Assembly: GCA_030390025.1 (NCBI GenBank)
Contig: CM059432.1
Coordinates: 83,454,001-83,518,000, forward strand
Direction of reading: 5' to 3'
Origin: Squalus acanthias
Lineage: Eukaryota
Length of the DNA stretch: 64,000 nt
Position 1 is the stretch's first letter; every line of letters begins with the position of its first letter. The notes below the pieces were generated by a model. That model was not told where the DNA came from. It made no database searches and worked only from the letters and a program-made list of their open reading frames with translations. Positions 1 through 14,874 of the stretch are shown here, piece after piece. A program made the translations under genes and the position numbers.

Positions 1-2886
1 CGCCCATCCCTAATTGCCCTTGAGAAGGTGGTGGTGGTGAGCCGCCTTCTTGAACCGCTGCAGTCCGTGTGGTGAAGGTATTACCACAGTGCTGTTAGGT
101 AGGGAGTTCCAGGATTTTGACCCAGCGACGATGAAGGATCGCCGATATACTTCTAAGTCAGGATGGTGTGTGACTTGGAGGGGAACTTGGAGGTGATGGT
201 ATTCCCATGCGCCTGCTGCCCTTGTCCTTCTAGGTGGAAGAGGTCGCGGGTTTGGGAGGTGCTGCTGAAGAAGCCTTGGTGAGTTGCTGCAGTGCATCTT
301 GTAGATGGTACACACTGCAGCCACGGTATGCCGGTGGTGGAGGGAGTGAATGTTTAAGGTGGTGGATGGGGTGCCAATCAAGCGGGCTGCTTTGTCCTGG
401 ATGGTGTCGAGCTTCTTGAGTTGTTGGAGCTGCACTCATCCAGGCAAGTGGAAAGTACTCCATCACACTCCTTACTTGTGCCTTGTAGATGGTGGAAAGG
501 CTTTGGGGAGTCAGGAGGTGAGACACTCGCTGCAGAATACCTAGCCTCTGACCTGCTCTTGTTGCCACAGTATTTATGTGGCTGGTCCAGTTAAATTTCT
601 GGTCAATGGTGACACCACCACAGGGTGTTGGTGGGGGATTTGGTGATGGTAATGGCGTTGAATGTCAAGGGGCGGTGGTTAAACTCTCGCTTGTTGGAGA
701 TAGTCTTTGCCCGGCACTTCTGTGGCACGAATGTTACCTGCCACTTATCAGCCCAAGCCTGAACGTCGTTCAGGTCTTGTTGCATGCGGGCATGGACTGC
801 TTCATTATCTGAGGAGTTGTGAATGGCACTGAACACTGTGCAGTCATCACCGAACATCCCCATTTCTGACCTTATGTTGGAGGGAAGGTCATTGATGAAG
901 CAGCTGAAGATGGTTGGGACTAGGACACTGCCCTGAGGAACTCCTGCAGCGATGTCCTGGGGCTGTGACAATTGACCTTCAACCACCACAACCACCGTCC
1001 TTTATGCTAGGTATGACTCCAGTCAGTGGAGAGCTTTCCCCGATTCCCATTGACTTCAGTTTTACTCGGGCTCCTTGATGCCACACTCGGTCAAATGCTG
1101 CCTTGATGTCAAGGGCAGTCACTCTCACCTCGCCTCTGGAATTCAGCTCCTTTGTCCATGTTTGGACCAAGGCTGTAATGAGGTCTGGAGCCAAGTGGTC
1201 TTGACGGAACCCAAACTGGGCATCAGTGAGCAGGTTATTGGTGAGTAAGTGCCGCTTGATAGCACTGTCGATGACACCTTCCATCACTTTGCTGATGATT
1301 GAGAGTAGACTGATGTGGCGGTAATTGGCTGGATTGGATTTGTCCTGCTTTTTGTGCTTCCACATTGTCGTATAGATGCCAGTGTTGTAGCTGTACTGGA
1401 ACAGCTTGGCTAGAGGCGCAGCTAGTTCTGGAGCACAAGTCTTCAGCACGATAGCTGGGATATTGTCGGGGTTCATAGCCTTTGCTGTATCCAGTGCACT
1501 CAGCCATTTCTTGATATCACGTTGAGTGAATTGAATTGGCTGAAGACTGGCTTCTGTGATGGTGGGGCCTTCAGGAGTAGGCCGATATGGACCATCCACT
1601 CGGCACTTCTGGCTGAAGATGGTTGCAAACGCTTCAGCCTTGTCTTTTGCACTCATGTGCTGTGCTCCACCATCATTGAGGATGGGGATATTCATGGAGC
1701 CTCCTCCTCCCATTAGTTGTTTAATGGTCAACCACCATTCGCCTGGTGCTGCTCCTGGCATGCTCTTCTACACTCCTTATTGAACCAGGGTTGGTCCCCT
1801 GGCTTGATGGTAATGGTAGAGTAAGGGATATGCCGGGCCATGAGGTTACAGATTGTTGTGGAATACAATTCTGCTGCTGCTGATGGCCCACAGTGCCTCA
1901 TGGATGCCCAGTTTTGAGCTGCTAGATGTGTTCTGAAAATATCCCATTTAGCACGGTGGTAGTGCCACACAACACGATGGAAGGTGTCTTCAGTGTGAAG
2001 ACGGGACTTCGTCTCCACAATGACTGTGCAGTGGTCACTGCTACTAATACTGTCATGGACAGATGCATCTGTGACAGGTAGATTGGTGAGATGAGGTCAA
2101 GTAGGTTTTTCCCTCGTGTTGGTTCTCTCACCACCTGTCGCAGGCCAAGACCAGCAGTTATGTCCTTCAGGACTCAGCCAGCTCGGTCAGTAGTGGTGCT
2201 ACTGAGCCACTCTTTGTGATGGACATTGAAGTCCCCCACCCAGAGTACATTCTGTGCGCTTGCTACTCTCAGTGCTTCTTCCAAGTGGTGTTCAACATGG
2301 AGCAGTACTGATTCATCAGCTGAGGGAGGGCGGTAGGTGGTAATCAGCAGGAGGTTTCCTTGTCCATACTTGACCTGAAGCAATGAGACTTCATGGGGTC
2401 CGGAGTCAATGTTGAGGACTCCCACGGCCACTCCTTCCTGACTGTATACCACTGTGCCGCCACCCCTGGTGGGTCTGTCCTGCCGGTGGGACAGGACATA
2501 CCCAGGGATGGTGATGATGGAGTTTTGGGACATTGGCTGAAAGGTATGATTCTGTGAGTATGACTGTGTCAGGCTGTTGCTTGACTTGTCTGTGGGACAG
2601 TTCTCCCAATTTTGGCACAAGTCCCCAGATGTTGGTGAGGAGGACTGGGCTGGGTGTGCCGTTGCCGTGTCCGTAGCCGGTGCCGAAGTTGATGCCGGGT
2701 GGTCCGTCCGGTTTCATTCTTATTATTGTGTTTCATAGCGGTTTGTTACAACTGAGTGGCTTGCTAGGCCATTTCCAAGGGCAGTTAAGAATCAACCACA
2801 TTGCTGTGGGTCTGGGGTCACATATAGGCCAGACCAGGTAAGGACGGCAGATTTCCTTCCCTGAAGGACATTAGTGAACCAGATGG
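1..2886 (-). mobile_element. Degraded non-LTR retrotransposon (CR1/Jockey-group LINE): frameshifted APE endonuclease + reverse transcriptase; 3' end runs off the window
   Basis: Minus-strand ORF pieces give APE motifs (VILTESYL, TTYRPP, VGDFNVH, LLDL) at 1922-2717 and RT motifs (NPANYRHISLLS, QFGFR, ALDIKAAFDRVWH, GVPQGSVL, FGDDCT) at 603-1761; 5' UTR-like segment at 2718-2886. Confidence 0.9.
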
Positions 2887-4144
2887 TAACAGGATGTAAG
2901 CTTTTACTCTTCCTTCACTACATGGTAAGTTCCTGATTTCAGTCAGGCCATAGATAAAATAGTGAAGTGAATGGCAGCTACTCCCTTATGTAGAAAGACG
3001 GAAATTGGATGGCAAGTGACTGAGGCCTGTCTTTGCGCATCTCCTAGAAACCAGTTGCAGAATGACATTGGTAAAGGCCTGGGATGGCATTGCCGTAGAT
3101 GACCTAAAAAGGGAGGGGTGGGGGGAATAAAAAAAATCAAATAGGAAAGCATATTTTAATAGATATAGAGTGGGTTTAAACAGTGGCATCAGAACCTCCA
3201 TGCAAACCAGTATTGGGGTTGAACCAAACCTGTTTGTAGAAAATTATGGTATATCCCTATTGGCATCTTCTTGTGATGTAGAGATAATTAGCTCTTCCCA
3301 ATTCAAGAAACCGAGTACCTGTATATGGCAGACAGGATTACCTCTTTCAGAAAACAAAAGGGATGAACTATGTTAATTCAGTAGGATTGTGAATTCAGCA
3401 GACATTTGCACCCAGTGTGTGTGGGGGGGGGGGTTGGGGGGGGGGTGCAGATGGAAGGAACAACTTCCAAAAATTAATGTCATGCAATTGTACTTCACAT
3501 CTTCCTCACATTTATAATTAAGAATAAGAACTGTGAGTGCATCATATTAATGTTCAACTTGGTGTGAAATAGAATTGAGGGAAAACATCTGTTCCAAGCC
3601 TTACAAGGGCCACATAGCCACTAGAGCAGGAGTTAGATTTGTTTTTTTTGTTGAAAAATACGCAATTATTTAAAAAAGAGCTTTCAGCATAGACTCCAGA
3701 TTAATCATGTTAAGCTTAAAAAGCTTTGGAAATAGCAAAATTGTTGCACTACCACACTCCCTTAGCTAAAACAAAATCATCACGTACATCAACAGAGCTG
3801 CAAAAAGTTAATATGAACTACAAGGGAAGATTTGATGAAATGCAAAATATTTGTGTCTGCGTGCATTTTCTATTTTTAAAGTATTTTTCTTGTTTTGTTG
3901 TCCATCTTCTATCACCATAAAGAGTGGAACCTGATACATGCAATCCCGTGAGAGGTGAGACTTTTTCCTTATGGCCTCTGTAAAATAGCAACCAAGTTGT
4001 GAACTATACACACTGGAATTGTAAAATAAAAAGACAGAGTGAAACAGTAGCAGGAAATTATGAACCATGAACAAGGCCACTGATTTATGGTTTTCATCGA
4101 ATCACAGAATTAGATCCTCAAACAATGGTAAAAATTAGGAAGAG

Positions 4145-4237
4145 AAAATCAAAATACCGCAGAAGCTGGAAATCTGAAAAAACCCAGAAACTGCTGGAAA
4201 CACTCAGCAGGTCAGTCAGCTTTTGTGGGAAGGAAAG
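4145..4237. repeat. Fragment of a common short interspersed repeat (possibly a Penelope-like terminal repeat)
   Basis: aataccgcagaagctggaaatctgaaa...ctgctggaaacactcagcaggtca resembles an abundant shark repeat as I recall it; no second copy in the window. Confidence 0.35.
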
Positions 4238-7200
4238 AAAGAAAAATGAAGAGGATTTGATTTATTTAGTCATCGTAAATCAGCCTGACTATGAATCTAT
4301 TCATAATTCAGTTTCCTGTGCAATAACTACCAAAGTCAAACTACATTTCCTAGCACCCTTCAGAGATAAGGGTGGGCTGTGGGCAATTGGGAGAGATTAC
4401 ACAGATGGACAGATGCAACAGGGAATTGTCTCCTAACAGTATGGACAAGCTTCTTGGAACTTTCTTTTGGGGCCTATTCAGAAGAGCATTCCCAGCATCC
4501 CTTGCAAATTCTCGAAATCCATGAAAAACTGTGATTTTTAAAAATATCAGTCACAGGGTAAAATGACCAAATACACAGCAACAAGAAGGTAACGCATTTC
4601 ATTAATGTTCCTGTCTTTGCTGATGTAACCTCAAACACTATTATGTTAACTACACTCACGCTATTCACTTGCTTGCACTCTACTGCTTGTGGAGGTAAAA
4701 AGTGAAAAACAAAAATGGGAAAGTAGGCTAAAACTTCTGGAAAAATATATAACACGTTGAGGAGCGAAGGTCGTATTGTCCAGCAGCCTGAGTCGATAAG
4801 AGGTGCAATGACCAAGGCCATAATGACAAGGTAAAATCTGTATTGATAGACAAAGGCACACAGAGTAAGTAGAGAGAACTCACAAGGCAAAACTAGATTT
4901 ATTACATTTATTTAGTATGGTAGACAAGGACCAAAGTTTATTCATTCCCAGAGGGTTCCCAAATGCTGCTTTTTATTGTTTCATACCTTTCCCTGACCTT
5001 AATATTAATTCTCTGATGACTGATGGTTGGTAGTAGTTATGGTGGTGCAGTTAAAGCTGCCCCCACCTCCCCCCATAGGCTTAACCCACATCCATAATGG
5101 AAAAAGCAACATTAGATGTAACTACTGCTGGAACTTATTTAATTTTTTAAAATCAAAAACATAGTGAAATAATTAAGACGTAAGTAAAAGTCTAGTAAAT
5201 GCAATTAAAAAGAGGGAAAGTAATCCTCTTCATACTCCGTAAGGAATTTATTTAGTGACTAAACTTTTCTGACATGAATCAGACACTATTTTACAGTGCC
5301 ACAAGCAATATGTCATTCTGATAGAAACTGCATTTGCAAATTAGGAACAAGTGGAAGATTTTAACTGTAATAACAGCTTTATTCTTAAAATAAATATGAA
5401 AAATATGAGTTCATTTTAAAATAATTAAATGAATCAATCTTGTTTTCGCTGTCTTGAGACCACTATGTAAGCCAGATGGAATTCCTAGGAATTGTTTAAA
5501 TTATGCTATTTGTATCTAGTCTGGCATATGGCGGCACCAGTGAGCTCACCTGAAAAGCATGCACACCAACACTGTCTTTGGTCTATGAAACAGTAGTTGG
5601 TTTGAAAATAAACATAAAGTGCATTAATCGCTTCTTGGTTCAGATCAAATTCAGTTTTCTTATGTATATGAAAGCCTTTTAACTGTCGTCACTATTATGC
5701 CTATTGTCAGAAGCACTCTATAAAAACAGCCAGTTGCAAGGGATTAACCAGTGGTAAACTGGCACTTATCTAAAGGCTGCAGCTTTACTTTGTTGGGAGG
5801 TAAATACCTTTGGACAGGGACAAAAAGATTAAATTTAAAAAAAAATTGTTTTTTAATTTTTTTGAAACCTCCAAAATTTCAACTTCAAAGATTTAACATT
5901 CTTAATTTGTATGCTAAGTCTCTTGTATTTATAAAGCATAATTAAAGGCAAGTTCTAGCCTAATGAGCTTCCAAGCAAAAATGTGGCTTTGATTATCAAG
6001 ACTGCGGGCCAGCCATAGATGTGGTTGCAATAAAAGGGATTTTTAACTGTCTTTTAGACTCTTTTGACAGTTGATTGCCTTATGGAAAGAATATGCCCTA
6101 AATTGGTTCACTTGCGGCTTCTGTGGTATTAAGAGCTGTATTCTGATTCAGGGATCTGTCCTTAATGCTGAGTTGTTAAATCACAGAACCCATGCTAACA
6201 AATTGCTCCTGTCAAAGACAGATTACACAATGAAAAGGGTTAATTATATGCAATCTGTTTTCTTGATGATCAGAGCAGTGTGTTACTTTTTAAAAAGCAC
6301 TGGTTTTCCTCAGAGTTAAATGTTAAGGGTATTCCAGTACAATACATGGAACATCTGATGACCTCCATAACATTTGAAGGCTACCTGAACTGCACACATC
6401 ATAGAAGATTAGAGAGAAAGGGAAGCAAAATGTTTTTCTCTTTTTAACCCCCTAGAATGACTAATCTAAATGCTCATGTAGTGGTTTGGGGATCAACAAT
6501 TAGTGAACAACTGGAACTGTCAGAGTTGCAGAACCTTTAACTGGTTCTGTACATTGATGGGGTTCTTCGCTCTAATTCAGCTACTTGCTTAATGTTCTCA
6601 TGGCAGTGGTACGTTCAGGTTTTCTACTGAATCTAGTTCCCTGGCTTGTTGCAAGGTCCCTCAGGTAGAATTGAGAAGCTGCAATACCCAGGTGCCCTCT
6701 TGCAGGTGGCATTACAATTGCTGCGTTCATTAACTTTGACTAATAATAATTAGAAATAATGCTTGAATTGTATTAACATGGCAATGATATGAACGGGACC
6801 AAGTTGGTTCCTTTCCTTTGTCCAGGTAATTCGCTAAGATGGTACATTTCAAATTTTTGGGACTCAATAATCACCAAATAGTACCAACAATTTCAGGACA
6901 TTTACAGAAATAAACATATCTTAATGAAGAAGCAATTCAAATAAAGTTATATTAAGCTGATATATTTTTTGGTGTGTCCATCCAATATTTAATTGGTTAG
7001 TCTAGACTTCTGTAGAGAAATTGCTTATAATTATTAACAATGGCTGAAGTGCTAGTTTTGACTGGAGGGCTAATTTCAATATTAGTAATTTATAGTATGA
7101 AAGGTTAAACATTCTTATTTTATATGTTGCTTCTAAGATTCAGCTTTTGAAAGGTGCTTCTAAAATTTTTAGACAGTTAGTTTGGATGAACATTTGAACA

Positions 7201-8278
7201 AACGTCTGGAGGGAAATGAGCTGAAGTTTCTTCAGATTAGTAAACAACAACGGAATTGCAGTTAGAATAGGTTTAATATCTTTGAATGATAATCTACACT
7301 GTAGCATCTGAGAGACTTCAATATCACTGGTAAAGTAATTGTGAGCTCCTACAAAATGACCACATCCTTGGTACTTGTTTTTCAGCAATTCCTGAGAGAC
7401 AGTTGTATCATCGTGTCGAGTAACTGCACCATCAATCATTAATTACTGCCCAAGGATTGGAACACTGTTGCTATAATTCATCCATCCAGCACTAAGTTGA
7501 AGAGGTTGTATGCATTTCTTATGTTGCTACTGTACATGGGGGATTAAGATTCAATTATTTTGCACTGCTGCTAATCACATTTATAATCATATTGTTACTA
7601 TGGCTATAATGACAGTAAATTGCATTTTTGTTAAACAGTACGAGCGGTGCCATGCTAAGCCCCAACTGAGCTAAATTAAATTAAGTAGCAAATTCTTATC
7701 AATTTTGTATTATTCACAGTAACTGCTCTTATTTGAGTTATTTTATGTCAGGCAACCTAAGAATATTTGACAACAGAATGTAATTAATTCCAGAAATAAA
7801 TCCAAATCAATTTTTCTTCTGCTATGTCACCTACAGCCAACAGCATTCCTGTATGAAAGTCTCCAACTGAGGCTGAAAAGGCTTCAATAACATAAATATC
7901 TCACTCTGACTCAGATTGTTCATTGTGCTGCCCTGTTTGGATGGATTTACCATGTTCAGGAAAATTGGAATACAGTTAGTAAATCAGCTTTGGGCAAGAT
8001 ATCAATCTGTTCATGGCATTGCAGTCAGCATTAAACCAAAGAATGTAACACCCCGAAACACCTATTTTTAGCAACACCTGGAAATTGCCCCATAACCTCC
8101 TCCCTCATTATAGAAGATGAAAAATCTCTTCAGTCAACATGTTAAAAAGCAACTAACAGAAATAAATCAATCTTTTGCATCTAAAATAGGTGGTTGGTTT
8201 CTTTCTTTATATGTGGAGAAAGTTTGAATTCAACATTTCCACTCTTCAAGTTTCCCTGCCTCTTTCCATAGAGTCTTA

Positions 8279-8900
8279 GGGGGCAATTTTAACCCTACCC
8301 AGCAGAAACCATGCCGGTTGGCAGTTGAAACTGCCCAGATTACTTAACCACTTAGGAGTCGCTGGGAGCTGACCCTGATTTTAACCTGCTCCACTGAGCA
8401 GGTGGCAAGGACACCCAGCCACAATCGACCGTGTCCTTCTTTACATATGTATATCGTTCCAGATGACATCATTGGGACCCGACTGCAATTTTAATTCAAT
8501 GGCCTGAATGGGAAGACGTGTGGCTTTCCCATCAAGTGAAGACACTGAGGGAAAGGATCGGGGTCAGGTAAATTTTTCTATTTTCCTTGTGGGGCCAGGA
8601 GATGCTGTAATGCTCCTCCAGGCCCCTCAAGGAAAGCTTAGGGCTCCCCTGCTGTGGACTCGCCTCCTTCCTGATTACAAGACCCCCACAAGACAGCGCT
8701 GGCAGCTGATCCTGCTGTCTACCTGGTGTCAATGGGCGCCGCTATTTTTTGCTGCTTTGCGGGTGGGAAGTTGACCACTGATATTTAAATGAGGCCTGGG
8801 AGTTAAAAGGCCCCGGGCTTCATTTCTGGCGTAACGTCTGAGTTTCTAACTCACACTGCTACACATCCACCCAAAACTCACCTGGAGTTAAAATCAGGCT
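8279..8900. mobile_element. Non-autonomous MITE, Harbinger-like termini
   Basis: Starts gggggcaattttaacc and ends gttaaaatcaggc (imperfect inverted termini); GC-rich island in AT-rich flanks; similar layout to 59973-60797. Confidence 0.5.
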
Positions 8901-9162
8901 TTCAGCCTTCCTCTTGTAGATCAACTCTCACTTCTGCCCAGATATCACTCCATACCAATGAAAATTCAGCATCAGCTTTATCTTACAGAAGGAGATATTT
9001 TGCCACACCTAGCAAAAGCCTGACTTCCCAATATGATCCTATGTATCAGGGAGTTTGTGCTTTTGGTCTCATCCAGCACCACACATGAGCGCCAGCACCT
9101 TTGAGTAATAACACTGGTACTGGCTAAGATGAGAGTCATGGGTAATGTCACTTAGGAATGTA

Positions 9163-9223
9163 AAATAAATGCTGGCCTTGCCAGCAACACCCACATCCCA
9201 TGAATTAATAAAATTAAAATAAA
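9163..9223 (+). repeat. 3' tail fragment of a LINE/SINE
   Basis: aataaatgctggccttgccagcaacacccacatcccatgaat followed by an A-rich tail, with a short gctggc...gccagc hairpin. Confidence 0.5.
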
Positions 9224-9654
9224 CTTTCATTGAAAAAGTCCAAATATTCTTCAATTTATTTTCCCTGGACCATGTTTTAACTCATGCATTTCCTTGACCA
9301 GCCTTCACAGCAACATGCACGGAGGCTGTCTGACTAGCAGAAGCTTACACAGGCCTGGACATACTGCTCACTTGTCTCAGGCACGAGCCGACCCCCCTCA
9401 TTATCACATTTAAAAGAAGGCACCGTTGTACAAGATAAAAGCAACTTATTTAGACTCAGCAGTTGGTAGCAAAACAACGGTGTGTACCACTCTCTATATA
9501 ACAGCAGAACAGGATTTAAATAAATAAACCAACTGTAGTCAGATAGACATTCACTTTCACATGCGGTATCATTTCTGTTTCTAGAATTAAACATTTCTTT
9601 ACTCAGTTGCTTCTTAAGAACAGGCAATATACTCTTTATAGTATTGTTATACCA

Positions 9655-9743
9655 GGGGTACGGTAGCATAGTGGTTATGTTACTGGACTAATAATCCAAA
9701 AGCCTGGACTAATGATCTGGAGATATGAGTTCAAATCCCACCA
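9655..9743 (+). repeat. tRNA-derived SINE head (Pol III A and B boxes), truncated
   Basis: A box tagcatagtgg 9664-9674 and B box gagttcaaatccc 9727-9739. Confidence 0.65.
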
Positions 9744-10399
9744 ATATTGTCACAATATTATCTGCTCACATGCATATTGCTAGAAAGGAAAGAGACATAA
9801 GGGGCTAGTTCCACAATGTAGGGATCTCCCAAGATGAGGGTGCTTTGGTAATCAAAGGGTGGGAATCAGGAGGGAGTTCTCCATCATGCCAGGAGACCAG
9901 CTCTGGTTCAATGGGGAGTGTAGCAGGAGCAGTATCAGGCATACCTTAGAATGAGGCACCAATAGGCTTCCCAACCCTCCTGGAATGAACAGAAGTTTCC
10001 CAGAATCAGGGAAACCGATGGAGGCACAGCTCAGGAGGTCAGCTTTTTAAATTTCCCGCCGCAGTGTGCCCCCTCCCCCGCTCCACGACATCACTGGCTG
10101 CTGTCAAAGCCTCAGGCTCGGTGACATTACCCGACCACCGTTGCAGGGAGCTGCAACCGCATAGAGCGCCGTCGGGAGGGGGCTGGAGAGTTGGGAATCG
10201 GGAGGCTTGGGAATCGTGGGTGTTCATACAGGGAATCTCTGAACTTGTGAGGACTCTGAAATTGGGGGAGGTATGAAAATGGCGGGGCTCTGAAATTGGG
10301 GGGGTGGGGGTTGAAATCAGGTAAGGTCTGTATTTTCGGGGGGGGGGCGGGGGGTGGGACTAGAGAGTGGGGGGGAGAAGAGAAGGAGATGGGAAAGGG

Positions 10400-13300
10400 G
10401 ATCGGGGAGACATCGAGACTGGGGAATGGGGGCTCGAGGAGAGGGGGAATGGGGAATGGGGGCTCGGGGAGAGATGGAGACTGGGGAATGGGGGCTCGGG
10501 GAGAGATGGAGACTGGGGAATGGGGGCTCGGGGGGAGAGATGGGGAATGGGGGCTCGGGGAGATGGAGACTGGGGAATGGGGGCTCGGGGGGAGAGATGG
10601 GGAATGGGGGCTCGGGGGGAGAGATGGGGAATGGGGGCTCGGGGGGAGAGATGGAGACTGGGGAATGGGGGCTTGGGGGAGAGAAGGAGACTGGGGAATG
10701 AGGGCTCGGGGGAGAGAAGGAGACTGGGGAATGGGGGCTCGGGGAGAGAGATGGAGACTGGGGAATGGGGACTCGGGGAGTGAGATGGGGAATGGGGGCT
10801 CGGGGGAGAGAAGGAGACTGGGGAATGGGGGCTCGGGGAGAGAGATGGAGACTGGGGAATGGGGACTCGGGGGAGAGAAGGAGACTGGGGAATGAGGGCT
10901 CGGGGGAGAGAAGGAGACTGGGGAATGGGGGCTCTGGGAGAGAGATGGAGACTGGGGAATGGGGGCTCGGGGAGAGAGATGGGGAATAGGGGCTCGGGGA
11001 GAGAGATGGAGACTGGGGAATGGGGGCTCTGGGGGAGATGGAGACTGGGGAATGGGGTCTTGGGGGAGAGAAGGAGACTGGGGAATGGGGGCTCAGGGGA
11101 GAGAAGGATACTGGGGAATGGGGGCTCGGGGGAGGGATGGAGACGGGCATGAGGGCTCGGGGAGAAAAGGAGACTGGGGAATGAGGGCTCGGGGGAGAGA
11201 TGGAGACTGGGGAATGGGAGCTCGGGGGATAGAAGGAGACTGGGGAATGGGGGCTCAGAGAGATGGAGACTGGGGAATGGGGACTCGGGGAGAGATGGAG
11301 ACTGGGGAATGGGGGCTCAGAGAGATGGAGACTGGGCAATGAAGGCTTGGGGGAGAGATGGAGACTGGGGAATGGAGGCTGGGATAGAGATGGAAACTGG
11401 GGAATGGGGGCTTGGGGAGAGATGGAGACTGGGAAATGAGGGCTCGGGGAGATGGAGACTGGGGAATGGGGGCTCGGGGAGAGATGGAGACTGGGGAATG
11501 GGGGCTCGGGGAGAGATGGAGACTGGGGAATGGGGGCTCGGGGGGAGAGATGGAGTCTGGGGAATGGGGGCTCGGGGAGAGATGGAGACTGGGGAATGGG
11601 GGCTCGGGGGGAGAGATGGGGAATGGGGGCTCGGGGAGATGGAGGAGACTGGGGAATGAGGGCTCGCGGGAGAGAAGGAGACTGGGGAATGGGGGCTCGG
11701 GGAGAGAGATGGAGACTGGGGAATGGGGACTCGGGGAGTGAGATGGGGAATGGGGGCTCGGGGGAGAGAAGGAGACTGGGGAATGGGGGCTCGGGGAGAG
11801 AGATGGAGACTGGGGAATGGGGACTCGGGGGAGAGAAGGAGACTGGGGAATGAGGGCTCGGGGGAGAGAAGGAGACTGGGGAATGGGGGCTCGGGGAGAG
11901 AGATGGAGACTGGGGAATGGGGGCTCGGGGAGAGAGATGGGGGCTCGGGGGAGAGAAGGAGACTGGGGAATGGTGGCTCGGGGAGAGAGATGGAGACTGG
12001 GGAATGGGGGCTCGGGGAGAGAGATGGGGAATAGGGGCTCGGGGAGAGAGATGGAGACTGGGGAATGGGGGCTCTGGGGGAGATGGAGACTGGGGAATGG
12101 GGGCTCGGGGGAGAGAAGGATACTGGGGAATGGGGGCTCGGGGGAGGGATGGAGACGGGCATGAGGGCTCGGGGAGAAAAGGAGACTGGGGAATGAGGGC
12201 TCGGGGGAGAGATGGAGACTGGGGAATGGGAGCTCGGGGGATAGAAGGAGACTGGGGAATGGGGGCTCAGAGAGATGGAGACTGGGGAATGGGGACTCGG
12301 GGAGAGATGGAGACTGGGGAATGGGGGCTCAGAGAGATGGAGACTGGGCAATGAAGGCTTGGGGAGAGATGGAGACTGGGGAATGGGGGCTCGGGGGAGA
12401 GAAGGATACTGGGGAATGGGGGCTCGGGGGAGGGATGGAGACGGGCATGAGGGCTCGGGGAGAAAAGGAGACTGGGGAATGAGGGCTCGGGGGAGAGATG
12501 GAAACTGGGGAATGGGGGCTTGGGGAGAGATGGAGACTGGGAAATGAGGGCTCGGGGAGAGATGGAGACTGGGGAATGGGGGCTCGGGGAGAAATGGAGA
12601 CTGGGGAATGGGGGCTCGGGGAGATGGAGACTGGGGAATGGGGGCTCGGGGAGAGATGGAGACTGGGGAATGGGGGCTCGGGGAGAGATGGAGACTGGGG
12701 AATGGGGGCTCGGGGTTAGAGATGGGGAATGGGGGCTCGGGGAGATGGCGACTGGGGAATGGGGGCTCGGGGGGAGAGATGTGGAATGTGGGCTCGGGGG
12801 GAGAGATGGAGACTGGGGAATGGGGGCTCGGGGGAGAGAAGGAGACTGGGGAATGAGGGCTCGGGGGAGAGAAGGAGACTGGGGAATGGGGGCTCGGGGA
12901 GAGAGATGGCGACTGGGGAATGGGGGCTTGGGGAGGGAGATGGGGAATGGGGGCTCAGGGGAGAGAAGGAGACTGGGGAATGGGGGCTCGGGGAGAGAAG
13001 GAGACTGGGGAATGGGGGCTCGGGGAGAGAGATTGAGACTGGGGAATGAGGGCTCTAGGGAGAGATGGAGACTGGGGAATGGGGGCTCGGGGGAGAGAAG
13101 GAGACTGGGGAATGGGGGCTCGGGGGAGAGTGGAGAATGGGGGCTCGGGGAGATGGAGACTGGGGAATGGGGGCTCGGGGGGAGAGATGGAGACTGGGGA
13201 ATGGGGGCTCGGGGAGAGATGGAGACTGGGGAATGGGGGCTCGGGGAGAGATGGAGACTGGGGAATGGGGGCTCGGGGGGAGAGATGGGGAATGGGGGCT

Positions 13301-14230
13301 CGGGGAGATGGCGACTGGGGAATGGGGGCTCGGGGGGAGAGATGTGGAATGTGGGCTCGGGGGGAGAGATGGAGACTGGGGAATGGGGGCTCGGGGGAGA
13401 GAAGGAGACTGGGGAATGAGGGCTTCCGGGAGAAGGAGACTGGGGAATGGGGGCTCGGGGAGAGAGATGGCGACTGGGGAATGGGGGCTTGGGGAGAGAG
13501 ATGGGGAATGGGGGCTCAGGGGAGAGAAGGAGACTGGGGAATGGGGGCTCAGGGGAGAGAAGGAGACTGGGGAATGGAGGCTCGGGGAGAGAAGGAGACT
13601 GGGGAATGGGGGCTCGGGGAGAGAGATGGAGACTGGGGAATGAGGGCTCTAGGGAGAGATGGAGACTGGGGAATGGGGGCTCGGGGGAGAGAAGGAGACT
13701 GGGGAATGGGGGCTCGGGGGAGAGTGGAGAATGGGGGCTCGGGGAGATGGAGACTGGGGAATGGGGGCTCGGGGGGAGAGATGGAGACTGGGGAATGGGG
13801 GCTCGGGGAGATGGAGACTGGGGAATGGGGGCTCGGGGGGAGAGATGGAGACTGGGGGCTCGGGGAGATGGAGACTGGGGAATGGGCGCTCGGGGAGAGA
13901 TGGAGACTGGGGAATGGGAGCTCTGGGGAGAGATGGGGAATGGGGGCTCGGGGAGAGATGGAGACTGGGGAATGGGGGCTCGGAGAGATGGAGATTGGGG
14001 AATGAAGGCTCCGGGGGGAGATGGAGACTGGGGAATGGGGGCTCGGGGGGAGATGGAGACTGGGGAATGGGGGCTCGGGGAGAGATGGAGACTGGGGAAT
14101 GGGGGCTCGGAGAGATGGAGATTGGGGAATGAGGGCTCCGGGGAGAGATGGAGACTGGGGAATGGGGACTCGGGGAGACGAAGATTGGGGAATGGGGACT
14201 CGGGGAGACGGAGACTGGGGAATGGGGGCT
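10400..14230 (+). repeat. G-rich minisatellite array 1, ~28-32-bp unit GGAGACTGGGGAATGGGGGCTCGGGG(GA)nGAT
   Basis: Direct reading; variant units recur at ~1012-bp and ~563-bp spacings. Confidence 0.97.
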
Positions 14231-14874
14231 CCCACCAATATTGTCACAATATTATCTGCTCACATGCATATTGCTAGAAAGGAAAGAGACATAAGGGGCT
14301 AGTTCCACAATGTAGGGATCTCCCAAGATGAGGGTGCTTTGGTAATCAAAGGGTGGGAATCAGGAGGGAGTTCTCCATCATGCCAGGAGACCAGCTCTGG
14401 TTCAATGGGGAGTGTAGCAGGAGCAGTATCAGGCATACCATAGAATGAGGCACTAATAGGCTTCCCAACCCTCCTAGAATGAACAGAAGTTTCCCAGAAT
14501 CAGGGGAACCGATGGAGGCACAGCTCAGGAGGTCAGCTTTTTAAATTTCCCGCCGCAGTGTGCCCCCTCCCCCGCTCCACGACATCACTGGCTGCTGTCA
14601 AAGCCTCAGGCTCGGTGACATTACCCGACCACCGTTGCAGGGAGCGCCGTCGGGAGGGGGCTGGAGAGTCGGGAATCGGGAGGCTTGGGAATCGTGGGTG
14701 TTCATACAGGGAATCTCTGAACTTGTGAGGACTCTGAAATTGGGGGAGGTATGAAAATGGCGGGGCTCTGAAATTGGGGGGTGGGGGTTGAAATCAGGTA
14801 AGGTCTGTATTTTCGGGGGGGGGGTGGGACTAGAGAGTGGGGGGGAGAAGAGAAGGAGATGGGAAAGGGGATCG

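Noticed and set aside
9655..9743. Functional tRNA gene
   Set aside because: A and B boxes are present but I could not fold a cloverleaf with an acceptor stem; better explained as a SINE head
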